Below, piece after piece: positions 23,857-38,241 of a stretch of 64,000 nt of DNA. Source of the DNA: Auanema rhodensis. Taxonomy: Eukaryota; Animalia; Nematoda. The stretch lies in assembly GCA_964057225.1 (NCBI GenBank), contig OZ059897.1, forward strand, positions 10,974,001 to 11,038,000. Direction: 5' to 3'. The notes beneath the pieces are model-generated. The model had not been told where the DNA came from and made no database searches. It was given only the letters and a program-made list of their open reading frames with translations. Within the stretch, counting starts at the first letter, position 1; every line of letters starts with the position of its first letter. The position numbers were made by a program, and so were the translations under genes.

Positions 23857-26800
23857 ATGAACACACTAACTTTGTTAAGTTGTTGTAATATCGGCCCAAG
23901 TAATATAGTGGTTAGTACTCCACGTTGTGGCCGTGGCGACACAGATTCGATTCCTGTCTTGGGCATTTTTTGTTTTGAAATTAATGTGCTACAAAATTAT
24001 TGCTTGCTTGTCATGTTAGATTTCTATAATTTGAATACTTTTTCAAGTTATAACAATTTTTGATTTAATCACGTTCAATTAACTGTATTGTTTTCAGAAA
24101 TAAAGACATCTTTCAATTTCTGGTCATTGAATTAGAATTTTCATGTTGTCACACAGAAATTGAAGAATCTTAGTTCATTTCAGTAACAATGAACACACTA
24201 ACTTTGTTAAGTTGTTGTAATATCGGCCCAAGTAGTATAGTGGTTAGTACTCCACGTTGTGGCCGTGGCGACACAGGTTCGATTCCTGTCTTGGGCATTT
24301 TTTGTTTTGAAATTAAAATGCTATAAAATTATTGCTTGCTTGTCTTGTTAGATTTCTTTAATTTGAATACTTATTCAAGTTATAACTATTTTTGATTTAA
24401 TCACGTTCAATCAACTGTATTGTTTTCAAAAATAAAGACAAAATTCAATTTCTGTTCATTGAATTAGAATTTTCATGTTGTCACACAGAAATTGAAGAAT
24501 CTTAGTTCAATTCAGTAACAATGAACACACTAACTTTGTTAAGTTGTTGTAATATCGGCCCAAGTAATATAGTGGTTAGTACTCCACGTTGTGGCCGTGG
24601 CGACACAGATTCGATTCCTGTTTTGGGCATTTTTTGTTTTGAAATTTAATTGCTATAAAATTATTGCTTGCTTGTCATGTTAGATTTCTTTAATTTGAAT
24701 ATTTATTCAAGTTATAACAATTTTCGATTTAATCACGTTCAATCAACTGTATTGTTTTCAAAAATAAAGACAAAATTCAATTTCTGTTCATTGAATTAGA
24801 ATTTTCATGTTGTCACACAGAAATTGAAGAATCTTAGTTCATTTCAGTAACAATGAACACACTAACTTTGTTAAGTTGTTGTAATATCGGCCCAAGTAAT
24901 ATAGTGGTTAGTACTCCACGTTGTGGCCGTGGCGACACAGATTCGATTCCTGTTTTGGGCATTTTTTGTTTTGAAATTTAATTGCTATAAAATTATTGCT
25001 TGCTTGTCATGTTAGATTTCTTTAATTTGAATACTTATTCAAGTAATAACAATTTTCGATTTAATCACGTTCAATTAACTGTATTGTTTTCAAAAATAAA
25101 GACATCTTTCAATTTCTGGCCTTTGAATTAGAATTTTCATGTTGTCACACAGAAATTGAAGAATCTTAGTTCATTTCAGTAACACTGAACACACTAACTT
25201 TGTTAAGTTGTTGTAATATCGACCCAAGTAATATAGTGGTTAGTACTCCACGTTGTGGCCGTGGCGACACAGGTTCGATTCCTGTCTTGGGCATTTTTTG
25301 TTTTGAAATTAAAATGCTATAAACATATTGCTAGCTTGTCATGTTAGATTTCTCTAATTTGAATACTTATTCAAGTTCTAACAATTTTTGATTTAATCAC
25401 GTTTAATTAATAGTATTGTTTTCAAAAATAAAGACATCTTTCAATTTCTGGCCTTTGAATTAGAATTTTCATGTTGTCACACAGAAATTGAAGAATCTTA
25501 GTTCATTTCAGTAACAATGAACACACTAACTTTGTTAAGTTGTTGTAATATCGGCCCAAGTAGTATAGTGGTTAGTACTCCAAGTTGTGGCCGTGGCGAC
25601 ACAGGTTCGATTCCTGTCTTGGGCATTTTTTGTTTTGAAATTAAAATGCTATAAAATTATTGCTTGCTTGTCATGTTAGACTGTTTTAATTTGAATACTT
25701 ATTCAAGTTTTAACAATTTTGGATTTAATCACGTTCAATCAACTGTATTGTTTTCAAAAATAAAGACATCTTTCAATTTCTGGTCATTGAATTAGAATTT
25801 TCATGTTGTCACACAGAAATTGAAGAATCTTAGTTCATTTCAGTAACAATGAACACACTAACTTTGTTAAGTTGTTGTAATATCGGCCCAAGTAATATAG
25901 TGGTTAGTACTCCACGTTGTGGCCGTGGCGACACAGATTCGATTCCTGTCTTGGGCATTTTTTGTTTTGAAATTAATGTGCTACAAAATTATTGCTTGCT
26001 TGTCATGTTAGATTTCTATAATTTGAATACTTTTTCAAGTTATAACAATTTTTGATTTAATCACGTTCAATTAACTGTATTGTTTTCAGAAATAAAGACA
26101 TCTTTCAATTTCTGGTCATTGAATTAGAATTTTCATGTTGTCACACAGAAATTGAAGAATCTTAGTTCATTTCAGTAACAATGAACACACTAACTTTGTT
26201 AAGTTGTTGTAATATCGGCCCAAGTAGTATAGTGGTTAGTACTCCACGTTGTGGCCGTGGCGACACAGGTTCGATTCCTGTCTTGGGCATTTTTTGTTTT
26301 GAAATTAAAATGCTATAAAATTATTGCTTGCTTGTCTTGTTAGATTTCTTTAATTTGAATACTTATTCAAGTTATAACTATTTTTGATTTAATCACGTTC
26401 AATCAACTGTATTGTTTTCAAAAATAAAGACAAAATTCAATTTCTGTTCATTGAATTAGAATTTTCATGTTGTCACACAGAAATTGAAGAATCTTAGTTC
26501 AATTCAGTAACAATGAACACACTAACTTTGTTAAGTTGTTGTAATATCGGCCCAAGTAATATAGTGGTTAGTACTCCACGTTGTGGCCGTGGCGACACAG
26601 ATTCGATTCCTGTTTTGGGCATTTTTTGTTTTGAAATTTAATTGCTATAAAATTATTGCTTGCTTGTCATGTTAGATTTCTTTAATTTGAATATTTATTC
26701 AAGTTATAACAATTTTCGATTTAATCACGTTCAATCAACTGTATTGTTTTCAAAAATAAAGACAAAATTCAATTTCTGTTCATTGAATTAGAATTTTCAT

Positions 26801-27840
26801 GTTGTCACACAGAAATTGAAGAATCTTAGTTCATTTCAGTAACAATGAACACACTAACTTTGTTAAGTTGTTGTAATATCGGCCCAAGTAATATAGTGGT
26901 TAGTACTCCACGTTGTGGCCGTGGCGACACAGATTCGATTCCTGTTTTGGGCATTTTTTGTTTTGAAATTTAATTGCTATAAAATTATTGCTTGCTTGTC
27001 ATGTTAGATTTCTTTAATTTGAATACTTATTCAAGTAATAACAATTTTCGATTTAATCACGTTCAATTAACTGTATTGTTTTCAAAAATAAAGACATCTT
27101 TCAATTTCTGGCCTTTGAATTAGAATTTTCATGTTGTCACACAGAAATTGAAGAATCTTAGTTCATTTCAGTAACACTGAACACACTAACTTTGTTAAGT
27201 TGTTGTAATATCGACCCAAGTAATATAGTGGTTAGTACTCCACGTTGTGGCCGTGGCGACACAGGTTCGATTCCTGTCTTGGGCATTTTTTGTTTTGAAA
27301 TTAAAATGCTATAAACATATTGCTAGCTTGTCATGTTAGATTTCTCTAATTTGAATACTTATTCAAGTTCTAACAATTTTTGATTTAATCACGTTTAATT
27401 AATAGTATTGTTTTCAAAAATAAAGACATCTTTCAATTTCTGGCCTTTGAATTAGAATTTTCATGTTGTCACACAGAAATTGAAGAATCTTAGTTCATTT
27501 CAGTAACAATGAACACACTAACTTTGTTAAGTTGTTGTAATATCGGCCCAAGTAGTATAGTGGTTAGTACTCCAAGTTGTGGCCGTGGCGACACAGGTTC
27601 GATTCCTGTCTTGGGCATTTTTTGTTTTGAAATTAAAATGCTATAAAATTATTGCTTGCTTGTCATGTTAGACTGTTTTAATTTGAATACTTATTCAAGT
27701 TTTAACAATTTTGGATTTAATCACGTTCAATCAACTGTATTGTTTTCAAAAATAAAGACATCTTTCAATTTCTGGTCATTGAATTAGAATTTTCATGTTG
27801 TCACACAGAAATTGAAGAATCTTAGTTCATTTCAGTAACA
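23857..27840 (+). repeat. Tandem duplication of a 6-unit (1992-bp) block
   Basis: Rare variants (TATAACTATT, GACCCAAG, CCAAGTTGTGG, TAGACTGTT) recur 1992 bp apart. Confidence 0.9.
25222..25293 (+). pseudogene. trnH-GTG: tRNA-His(GTG) G1A+G10A variant
   Basis: GACCCAAGTAATATAG gives A1:C72 and A10:C25 mismatches; the B box is intact. Confidence 0.7.
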
Positions 27841-27877
27841 ATGAACACACTAACTTTGTTAAGTTGTTGTAATATCG

Positions 27878-27949
27878 GCCCAAGTAATATAGTGGTTAGT
27901 ACTCCACTTTGTGGCCGTGGCGACACAGATTCGATTCCTTTGTTGGGCA
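27878..27949 (+). pseudogene. trnH-GTG: Degenerate tRNA-His(GTG) (G10A, G31T, G53A, G64T, C66G)
   Basis: CCACTTTGTGG and CCTTTGTTGGGC; there are mismatches in all four stems. Confidence 0.88.
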
Positions 27950-28541
27950 TTTTTCGTTTTGAAATTAAAATGCTACAAAATTATTGCTTGCTTGTCATGT
28001 TAGATTTCTTTAATTTGAATACTTATTCAAGTAATAACAATTTTCGATTTAATCACGTTCAATTAATAGTATTGTTTTCAAAAATAAAGATATCTTTCAA
28101 TTTCTGGCCTTTGAATTAGAATTTTCATGTTGTCACACAGAAATTGAAGAATCTTAGTTCATTTCAGTAACAATGAACACACTAACTTTGTTAAGTTGTT
28201 GTTATATTGGCCCAAGTAATATAGTGGTTAGTACTCCACGTTGTGGCCGTGGCGACACAGATTCGATTCCTGTTTTGGGCATTTTTTGTTTTGAAATTTA
28301 AATGCTATAAAATTATTGCTTGCTTGTCATGTTAGATTTCTTTAATTTGAATACTTATTCAAGTTCTAACAATTTTTGATTTAATCACGTTCAATTAACT
28401 GTATTGTTTTCAAAAATAAAGACATCTTTCAATTTCTGGCCTTTGAATTAGAATTTTCATGTTGTCACACAGAAATTGAAGAATCTTAGTTCAATTCAGT
28501 AACACTGAACACACTAACTTTGTTAAGTTGTTGTAATATCG

Positions 28542-28613
28542 ACCCAAGTAATATAGTGGTTAGTACTCCACGTTGTGACCGTGGCGACACAGGTTCGATT
28601 CCTGTCTTGTGCA
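28542..28613 (+). pseudogene. trnH-GTG: Degenerate tRNA-His(GTG) (G1A, G10A, G37A, G70T)
   Basis: GACCCAAG ... TTGTGACC ... CTTGTGCA. Confidence 0.88.
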
Positions 28614-31600
28614 TTTTTTGTTTTGAAATTAAAATGCTATAAACATATTGCTAGCTTGTCATGTTAGATTTCTCTAATTTGAATACTTATTCAAGTTCTA
28701 ACAATTTTTGATTTAATCACGTTTAATTAATAGTATTGTTTTCAAAAATAAAGACATCTTTCAATTTCTGGCCTTTGAATTAGAATTTTCATGTTGTCAC
28801 ACAGAAATTGAAGAATCTTAGTTCATTTCAGTAACAATGAACACACTAACTTTGTTAAGTTGTTGTAATATCGGCCCAAGTAGTATAGTGGTTAGTACTC
28901 CACGTTGTGGCCGTGGCGACACAGGTTCGATTCCTGTCTTGGGCATTTTTTGTTTTGAAATTAAAATGCTATAAAATTATTGCTTGCTTGTCATGTTAGA
29001 CTTTTTTAATTTGAATACTTATTCAAGTTTTAACAATTTTGGATTTAATCACGTTCAATCAACTGTATTGTTTTCAAAAATAAAGACATATTTCAATTTC
29101 TGGTCATTGAATTTGAATTTTCATGTTGTCACACAGAAATTGAAGAATCTTAGTTCATTTCAGTAACAATGAACAGAATAACTTTGTTTAGTTGTTCTAA
29201 TATCGGCCCAAGTAATATAGTGGTTAGTACTCCACGTTGTGGCCGTGGCGACACAGATTCGATTCCTGTCTTGGGCATTTTTTGTTTTGAAATTAAAATA
29301 CTACAAAATTATTGCTTGCTTGTCATGTTAGATTTCTTTAATTCAAATACATATTTAAGTTCTAACAATTTTTGATTTAATCACGTTCAATTAACTGTAT
29401 TGTTTTCAAAAATAAAGACAAAATTCAATTTCTGTTCATTGAATTAGAATTTTCATGTTGTCACACAGAAATTGAAGAATCTTAGTTCATTTCAGTAACA
29501 ATGAACAGAATAACTTTGTTTAGTTGTTCTAATATCGGCCCAAGTAGTATAGTGGTTAGTACTCCACGTTGTGGCCGTGGCGACACAGGTTCGATTCCTG
29601 TCTTGGGCATTTTTTGTTTTGGAATTAAAATGCTACAAAATTATTGCTTGCTTGTCATGTTAGATTTCTTTAATTCAAATACATATTTAAGTTCTAACAA
29701 TTTTTGATTTAATCACGTTCAATTAACTGTATTGTTTTCAAAAATAAAGACAAAATTCAATTTCTGTTCATTGAATTAGAATTTTCATGTTGTCACACAG
29801 AAATTGAAGAATCTTAGTTCATTTCAGTAACAATGAACAGAATAACTTTGTTTAGTTGTTGTCATATCGGCCCAAGTAGTATAGTGGTTAGTACTCCACG
29901 TTGTGGCCGTGGCGACACAGGTTCGATTCCTGTCTTGGGCATTTTTTGTTTTGAAATTAAAATGCTATAAACATATTGCTTGCTTGTCATGTTAGATTTT
30001 TTTAATTCAAATACTTATTTAAGTTCTAACAATTTTTGATTTAATCACGTTCAATTAACTGTATTGTTTTCAAAAATAAAGACATTTTTCAATTTCTGGT
30101 CATTGAATTAGAATTTTCATGTTGTCACACAGAAATTGAAGATTCTTAGTTCAATTCAGTAACAATGAACACACTAACTTTTTTAAGTTGTTGTGATATC
30201 GGCCCAAGTAATATAGTGGTTAGTACTCCACGTTGTGGCCGTGGCGACACAGATTCGATTCCTGTCTTGGGCATTTTTTGTTTTGAAATTAAAATGCTAC
30301 AAAATTATTGCTTGCTTGTCATGTTAGATTTCTTTAATTTGAATACTTATTCAAGTTATAACAATTTTTGATTTAATCACGTTCAATCAACTGTATTGTT
30401 TTCAAAAATAAAGACAAAATTCAATTTCTGTTCATTGAATTAGAATTTTCATGTTGTCACACAGAAATTGAAGAATCTTAGTTCAATTCAGTAACAATGA
30501 ACACACTAACTTTGTTAAGTTGTTGTAATATCGGCCCAAGTAATATAGTGGTTAGTACTCCACGTTGTGGCCGTGGCGACACAGATTCGATTCCTGTCTT
30601 GGGCATTTTTTGTTTTGAAATTAATGTGCTACAAAATTATTGCTTGCTTGTCATGTTAGATTTCTATAATTTGAATACTTTTTCAAGTTATAACAATTTT
30701 TGATTTAATCACGTTCAATTAACTGTATTGTTTTCAGAAATAAAGACATCTTTCAATTTCTGGTCATTGAATTAGAATTTTCATGTTGTCACACAGAAAT
30801 TGAAGAATCTTAGTTCATTTCAGTAACAATGAACACACTAACTTTGTTAAGTTGTTGTAATATCGGCCCAAGTAGTATAGTGGTTAGTACTCCACGTTGT
30901 GGCCGTGGCGACACAGGTTCGATTCCTGTCTTGGGCATTTTTTGTTTTGAAATTAAAATGCTATAAAATTATTGCTTGCTTGTCTTGTTAGATTTCTTTA
31001 ATTTGAATACTTATTCAAGTTATAACAATTTTTGATTTAATCACGTTCAATCAACTGTATTGTTTTCAAAAATAAAGACAAAATTCAAGTTCTGTTCATT
31101 GAATTAGAATTTTCATGTTGTCACACAGAAATTGAAGAATCTTAGTTCAATTCAGTAACAATGAACACACTAACTTTGTTAAGTTGTTGTAATATCGGCC
31201 CAAGTAATATAGTGGTTAGTACTCCACGTTGTGGCCGTGGCGACACAGATTCGATTCCTGTTTTGGGCATTTTTTGTTTTGAAATTTAAATGCTATAAAA
31301 TTATTGCTTGCTTGTCATGTTAGATTTCTTTAATTTGAATATTTATTCAAGTTATAACAATTTTCGATTTAATCACGTTCAATCAACTGTATTGTTTTCA
31401 AAAATAAAGACAAAATTCAATTTCTGTTCATTGAATTAGAATTTTCATGTTGTCACACAGAAATTGAAGAATCTTAGTTCATTTCAGTAACAATGAACAC
31501 ACTAACTTTGTTAAGTTGTTGTAATATCGGCCCAAGTAATATAGTGGTTAGTACTCCACGTTGTGGCCGTGGCGACACAGATTCGATTCCTGTTTTGGGC

Positions 31601-32857
31601 ATTTTTTGTTTTGAAATTTAATTGCTATAAAATTATTGCTTGCTTGTCATGTTAGATTTCTTTAATTTGAATACTTATTCAAGTAATAACAATTTTCGAT
31701 TTAATCACGTTCAATTAACTGTATTGTTTTCAAAAATAAAGACATCTTTCAATTTCTGGCCTTTGAATTAGAATTTTCATGTTGTCACACAGAAATTGAA
31801 GAATCTTAGTTCATTTCAGTAACACTGAACACACTAACTTTGTTAAGTTGTTGTAATATCGACCCAAGTAATATAGTGGTTAGTACTCCACGTTGTGGCC
31901 GTGGCGACACAGGTTCGATTCCTGTCTTGGGCATTTTTTGTTTTGAAATTAAAATGCTATAAACATATTGCTAGCTTGTCATGTTAGATTTCTCTAATTT
32001 GAATACTTATTCAAGTTCTAACAATTTTTGATTTAATCACGTTTAATTAATAGTATTGTTTTCAAAAATAAAGACATCTTTCAATTTCTGGTCATTGAAT
32101 TAGAATTTTCATGTTGTCACACAGAAATTGAAGAATCTCAGTTCATTTCAGTAACAATGAACACACTAACTTTGTTAAGTTGTTGTTATATTGGCCCAAG
32201 TAATATAGTGGTTAGTACTCCACGTTGTGGCCGTGGCGACACAGATTCGATTCCTGTTTTGGGCATTTTTTGTTTTGAAATTTAAATGCTATAAAATTAT
32301 TGCTTGCTTGTCATGTTAGATTTGTTTAATTCAAATACTTATTCAAGTTCTAACAATTTTTGATTTAATCACGTTCAATTAACTGTATTGTTTTCAAAAA
32401 TAAAGACATCTTTCAATTTCTGGCCTTTGAATTAGAATTTTCATGTTGTCACACAGAAATTGAAGAATCTTAGTTCAATTCAGTAACACTGAACACACTA
32501 ACTTTGTTAAGTTGTCGTAATATCGACCCAAGTAATATAGTAGTTAGTACTCCACGTTGTGGCCGTGGCGACACAGGTTCGATTCCTGTCTTGGGCATTT
32601 TTTGTTTTGAAATTAAAATGCTATAAACATATTGCTAGCTTGTCATGTTAGATTTCTCTAATTTGAATACTTATTCAAGTTCTAACAATTTTTGATTTAA
32701 TCACGTTTAATTAATAGTATTGTTTTCAAAAATAAAGACATCTTTCAATTTCTGGCCTTTGAATTAGAATTTTCATGTTGTCACACAGAAATTGAAGAAT
32801 CTTAGTTCATTTCAGTAACAATGAACACACTAACTTTGTTAAGTTGTTGTAATATCG

Positions 32858-32929
32858 GCCCAAGTAGTATAGTGGTTAGTACTCCACGTTGTGGCCGTGG
32901 CGACACAGGTTCGATTCCTGTCTTGGGCA
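32858..32929 (+). tRNA. trnH-GTG: tRNA-His(GTG), canonical copy
   Basis: G10 and G53 intact. Confidence 0.96.
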
Positions 32930-35900
32930 TTTTTTGTTTTGAAATTAAAATGCTATAAAATTATTGCTTGCTTGTCTTGTTAGATTTCTTTAATTTGAAT
33001 ACTTATTCAAGTTATAACAATTTTCGATTTAATCACGTTCAATCAACTGTATTGTTTTCAAAAATAAAGACAAAATTCAATTTCTGTTCATTGAATTAGA
33101 ATTTTCATGTTGTCACACAGAAATTGAAGAATCTTAGTTCAATTCAGTAACAATGAACACACTAACTTTGTTAAGTTGTTGTAATATCGGCCCAAGTAAT
33201 ATAGTGGTTAGTACTCCACGTTGTGGCCGTGGCGACACAGATTCGATTCCTGTCTTGGGCATTTTTTGTTTTGAAATTAAAATGCTACAAAATTATTGCT
33301 TGCTTGTCATGTTAGATTTCTTTAATTCAAATACATATTTAAGTTCTAACAATTTTTGATTTAATCACGTTCAATTAACTGTTTTGTTTTCAAAAATAAA
33401 GACAAAATTCAATTTCTGTTCATTGAATTAGAATTTTCATGTTGTCACACAGAAATTGAAGAATCTTAGTTCATTTCAGTAACAATGAACACACTAACTT
33501 TGTTAAGTTGTTGTAATATCGGCCCAAGTAGTATAGTGGTTAGTACTCCACGTTGTGGCCGTGGCGACACAGGTTCGATTCCTGTCTTGGGCATTTTTTG
33601 TTTTGAAATTAAAATGCTATAAAATTATTGCTTGCTTGTCTTGTTAGATTTCTTTAATTTGAATACTTATTCAAGTTATAACAATTTTCGATTTAATCAC
33701 GTTCAATCAACTGTATTGTTTTCAAAAATAAAGACAAAATTCAATTTCTGTTCATTGAATTAGAATTTTCATGTTGTCACACAGAAATTGAAGAATCTTA
33801 GTTCAATTCAGTAACAATGAACACACTAACTTTGTTAAGTTGTTGTAATATCGGCCCAAGTAATATAGTGGTTAGTACTCCACGTTGTGGCCGTGGCGAC
33901 ACAGATTCGATTCCTGTCTTGGGCATTTTTTGTTTTGAAATTAAAATGCTACAAAATTATTGCTTGCTTGTCATGTTAGATTTCTTTAATTCAAATACAT
34001 ATTTAAGTTCTAACAATTTTTGATTTAATCACGTTCAATTAACTGTTTTGTTTTCAAAAATAAAGACAAAATTCAATTTCTGTTCATTGAATTAGAATTT
34101 TCATGTTGTCACACAGAAATTGAAGAATCTTAGTTCATTTCAGTAACAATGAACAGAATAACTTTGTTTAGTTGTTGTAATATCGGCCCAAGTAGTATAG
34201 TGGTTAGTACTCCACGTTGTGGCCGTGGCGACACAGGTTCGATTCCTGTCTTGGGCATTTTTTGTTTTGAAATTAAAATGCTATAAAATTATTGCTTGCT
34301 TGTCTTGTTAGATTTCTTTAATTTGAATACTTATTCAAGTTATAACAATTTTCGATTTAATCACGTTCGATCAACTGTATTGTTTTCAAAAATAAAGACA
34401 AAATTCAATTTCTGTTCATTGAATTAGAATTTTCATGTTGTCACACAGAAATTGAAGAATCTTAGTTCAATTCAGTAACAATGAACACACTAACTTTGTT
34501 AAGTTGTTGTAATATCGGCCCAAGTAATATAGTGGTTAGTACTCCACGTTGTGGCCGTGGCGACACAGATTCGATTCCTGTCTTGGGCATTTTTTGTTTT
34601 GAAATTAAAATGCTACAAAATTATTGCTTGCTTGTCATGTTAGATTTCTTTAATTCAAATACATATTTAAGTTCTAACAATTTTTGATTTAATCACGTTC
34701 AATTAACTGTATTGTTTTCAAAAATAAAGACAAAATTCAATTTCTGTTCATTGAATTAGAATTTTCATGTTGTCACACAGAAATTGAAGAATCTTAGTTC
34801 ATTTCAGTAACAATGAACAGAATAACTTTGTTTAGTTGTTGTAATATCGGCCCAAGTAGTATAGTGGTTAGTACTCCACGTTGTGGCCGTGGCGACACAG
34901 GTTCGATTCCTGTCTTGGGCATTTTTTGTTTTGAAATTAAAATGCTATAAAATTATTGCTTGCTTGTCTTGTTAGATTTCTTTAATTTGAATACTTATTC
35001 AAGTTATAACAATTTGCGATTTAATCACGTTCAATCAACTGTATTGTTTTCAAAAATAAAGACAAATATCAATTTCTGGTCATTGAATTAGAATTTTCAT
35101 GTTGTCACACAGGAAATGAAGAATCTCAGTTCATTTCAGTAACAATGAACACACTAACTTTGTTAAGTTGTTGTAATATCGGCCCAAGTAATATAGTGGT
35201 TAGTACTCCACGTTGTGGCCGTGGCGACACAGATTCGATTCCTGTCTTGGGCATTTTTTGTTTTGAAATTTAAATGCTATAAAATTATTGCTTGCTTGTC
35301 ATGTTAGATTTGTTTAATTCAAATACTTATTTAAGTTCCAACAATTTTCGATTAAATCACGTTCATTTAACTGTATTGTTTTCAAAAATAAAGACAAAAT
35401 TCAATTTCTGTTCGTTGAATTAGAATTTTCATGTTGTCACACAGAAATTGAAGAATCTTAGTTCATTTCAGTAACAATGAACACACTAACTTTGTTAAGT
35501 TGTTGTAATATCGGCCCAAGTAGTATAGTGGTTAGTACTCCACGTTGTGGCCGTGGCGACACAGGTTCGATTCCTGTCTTGGGCATTTTTTGTTTTGAAA
35601 TTAAAATGCTATAAAATTATTGCTTGCTTGTCTTGTTAGATTTCTTTAATTTGAATACTTATTCAAGTTATAACAATTTTCGATTTAATCACGTTCAATC
35701 AACTGTATTGTTTTCAAAAATAAAGACAAAATTCAATTTCTGTTCATTGAATTAGAATTTTCAGGTTGTCACACAGAAATTGAAGAATCTTAGTTCATTT
35801 CAGTAACAATGAACACACTAACTTTGTTAAGTTGTTGTAATATCGGCCCAAGTAGTATAGTGGTTAGTACTCCACGTTGTGGCCGTGGCGACACAGGTTC

Positions 35901-38169
35901 GATTCCTGTCTTGGGCATTTTTTGTTTTGAAATTAAAATGCTATAAAATTATTGCTTGCTTGTCTTGTTAGATTTCTTTAATTTGAATACTTATTCAAGT
36001 TATAACAATTTTCGATTTAATCACGTTCAATCAACTGTATTGTTTTCAAAAATAAAGACAAAATTCAATTTCTGTTCATTGAATTAGAATTTTCATGTTG
36101 TCACACAGAAATTGAAGAATCTTAGTTTAATTCAGTAACAATGAACACACTAACTTTGTTAAGTTGTTGTAATATCGGCCCAAGTAATATAGTGGTTAGT
36201 ACTCCACGTTGTGGCCGTGGCGACACAGATTCGATTCCTGTCTTGGGCATTTTTTGTTTTGAAATTAAAATACTACAAAATTATTGCTTGCTTGTCATGT
36301 TAGATTTCTTTAATTCAAATACATATTTAAGTTCTAACAATTTTTGATTTAATCACGTTCAATTAACTGTATTGTTTTCAAAAATAAAGACAAAATTCAA
36401 TTTCTGTTCATTGAATTAGAATTTTCATGTTGTCACACAGGAAATGAAGAATCTCAGTTCATTTCAGTAACAATGAACAGAATAACTTTGTTTAGTTGTT
36501 GTAATATCGGCCCAAGTAGTATAGTGGTTAGTACTCCACGTTGTGGCCGTGGCGACACAGGTTCGATTCCTGTCTTGGGCATTTTTTGTTTTGAAATTAA
36601 AATGCTACAAAATTATTGCTTGCTTGTCATGTTAGATTTCTTTAATTCAAATACATATTTAAGTTCTAACAATTTTTGATTTAATCACGTTCAATTAACT
36701 GTTTTGTTTTCAAAAATAAAGAGAAAATTCAATTTCTGTTCATTGAATTAGAATTTTCATGTTGTCACACAGAAATTGAAGAATCTTAGTTCATTTCAGT
36801 AACAATGAACAGAATAACTTTGTTTAGTTGTTGTAATATCGGCCCAAGTAGTATAGTGGTTAGTACTCCACGTTGTGGCCGTGGCGACACAGGTTCGATT
36901 CCTGTCTTGGGCATTTTTTGTTTTGAAATTAAAATGCTATAAAATTATTGCTTGCTTGTCTTGTTAGATTTCTTTAATTTGAATACTTATTCAAGTTATA
37001 ACAATTTTCGATTTAATCACGTTCAATCAACTGTATTGTTTTCAAAAATAAAGACAAAATTCAATTTCTGTTCATTGAATTAGAAATTTCATGTTGTCAC
37101 ACAGAAATTGAAGAATCTTAGTTCAATTCAGTAACAATGAACACACTAACTTTGTTAAGTTGTTGTAATATCGGCCCAAGTAATATAGTGGTTAGTACTC
37201 CACGTTGTGGCCGTGGCGACACAGATTCGATTCCTGTCTTGGGCATTTTTTGTTTTGAAATTAAAATGCTACAAAATTATTGCTTGCTTGTCATGTTAGA
37301 TTTCTTTAATTCAAATACATATTTAAGTTCTAACAATTTTTGATTTAATCACGTTCAATTAACTGTATTGTTTTCAAAAATAAAGACAAATATCAATTTC
37401 TGGTCATTGAATTAGAATTTTCATGTTGTCACACAGAAATTGAAGAATCTTAGTTCATTTCAGTAACAATGAACAGAATAACTTTGTTTAGTTGTTGTAA
37501 TATCGGCCCAAGTAGTATAGTGGTTAGTACTCCACGTTGTGGCCGTGGCGACACAGGTTCGATTCCTGTCTTGGGCATTTTTTGTTTTGAAATTAAAATG
37601 CTATAAAATTATTGCTTGCTTGTCTTGTTAGATTTCTTTAATTTGAATACTTATTCAAGTTATAACAATTTTCGATTTAATCACGTTCAATCAACTGTAT
37701 TGTTTTCAAAAATAAAGACAAAATTCAATTTCTGTTCATTGAATTAGAATTTTCATGTTGTCACACAGAAATTGAAGAATCTTAGTTTAATTCAGTAACA
37801 ATGAACACACTAACTTTGTTAAGTTGTTGTAATATCGGCCCACGTAATATAGTGGTTAGTACTCCACGTTGTGGCCGTGGCGACACAGATTCGATTCCTG
37901 TCTTGGGCATTTTTTGTTTTGAAATTAAAATACTACAAAATTATTGCTTGCTTGTCATGTTAGATTTCTTTAATTCAAATACATATTTAAGTTCTAACAA
38001 TTTTTGATTTAATCACGTTCAATTAACTGTATTGTTTTCAAAAATAAAGACAAAATTCAATTTCTGTTCATTGAATTAGAATTTTCATGTTGTCACACAG
38101 GAAATGAAGAATCTCAGTTCATTTCAGTAACAATGAACAGAATAACTTTGTTTAGTTGTTGTAATATCG

Positions 38170-38241
38170 GCCCAAGTAGTATAGTGGTTAGTACTCCACG
38201 TTGTGGCCGTGGCGACACAGGTTCGATTCCTGTCTTGGGCA
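38170..38241 (+). tRNA. trnH-GTG: tRNA-His(GTG), canonical; first of four consecutive intact copies (38170, 38502, 38834, 39166)
   Basis: G10 and G53 intact in all four. Confidence 0.95.

Noticed and set aside
28542-28613. Possible anticodon switch or TGA suppressor (TTGTGACC)
   Set aside because: The change is G37A, 3' of the anticodon; positions 34-36 remain GTG.
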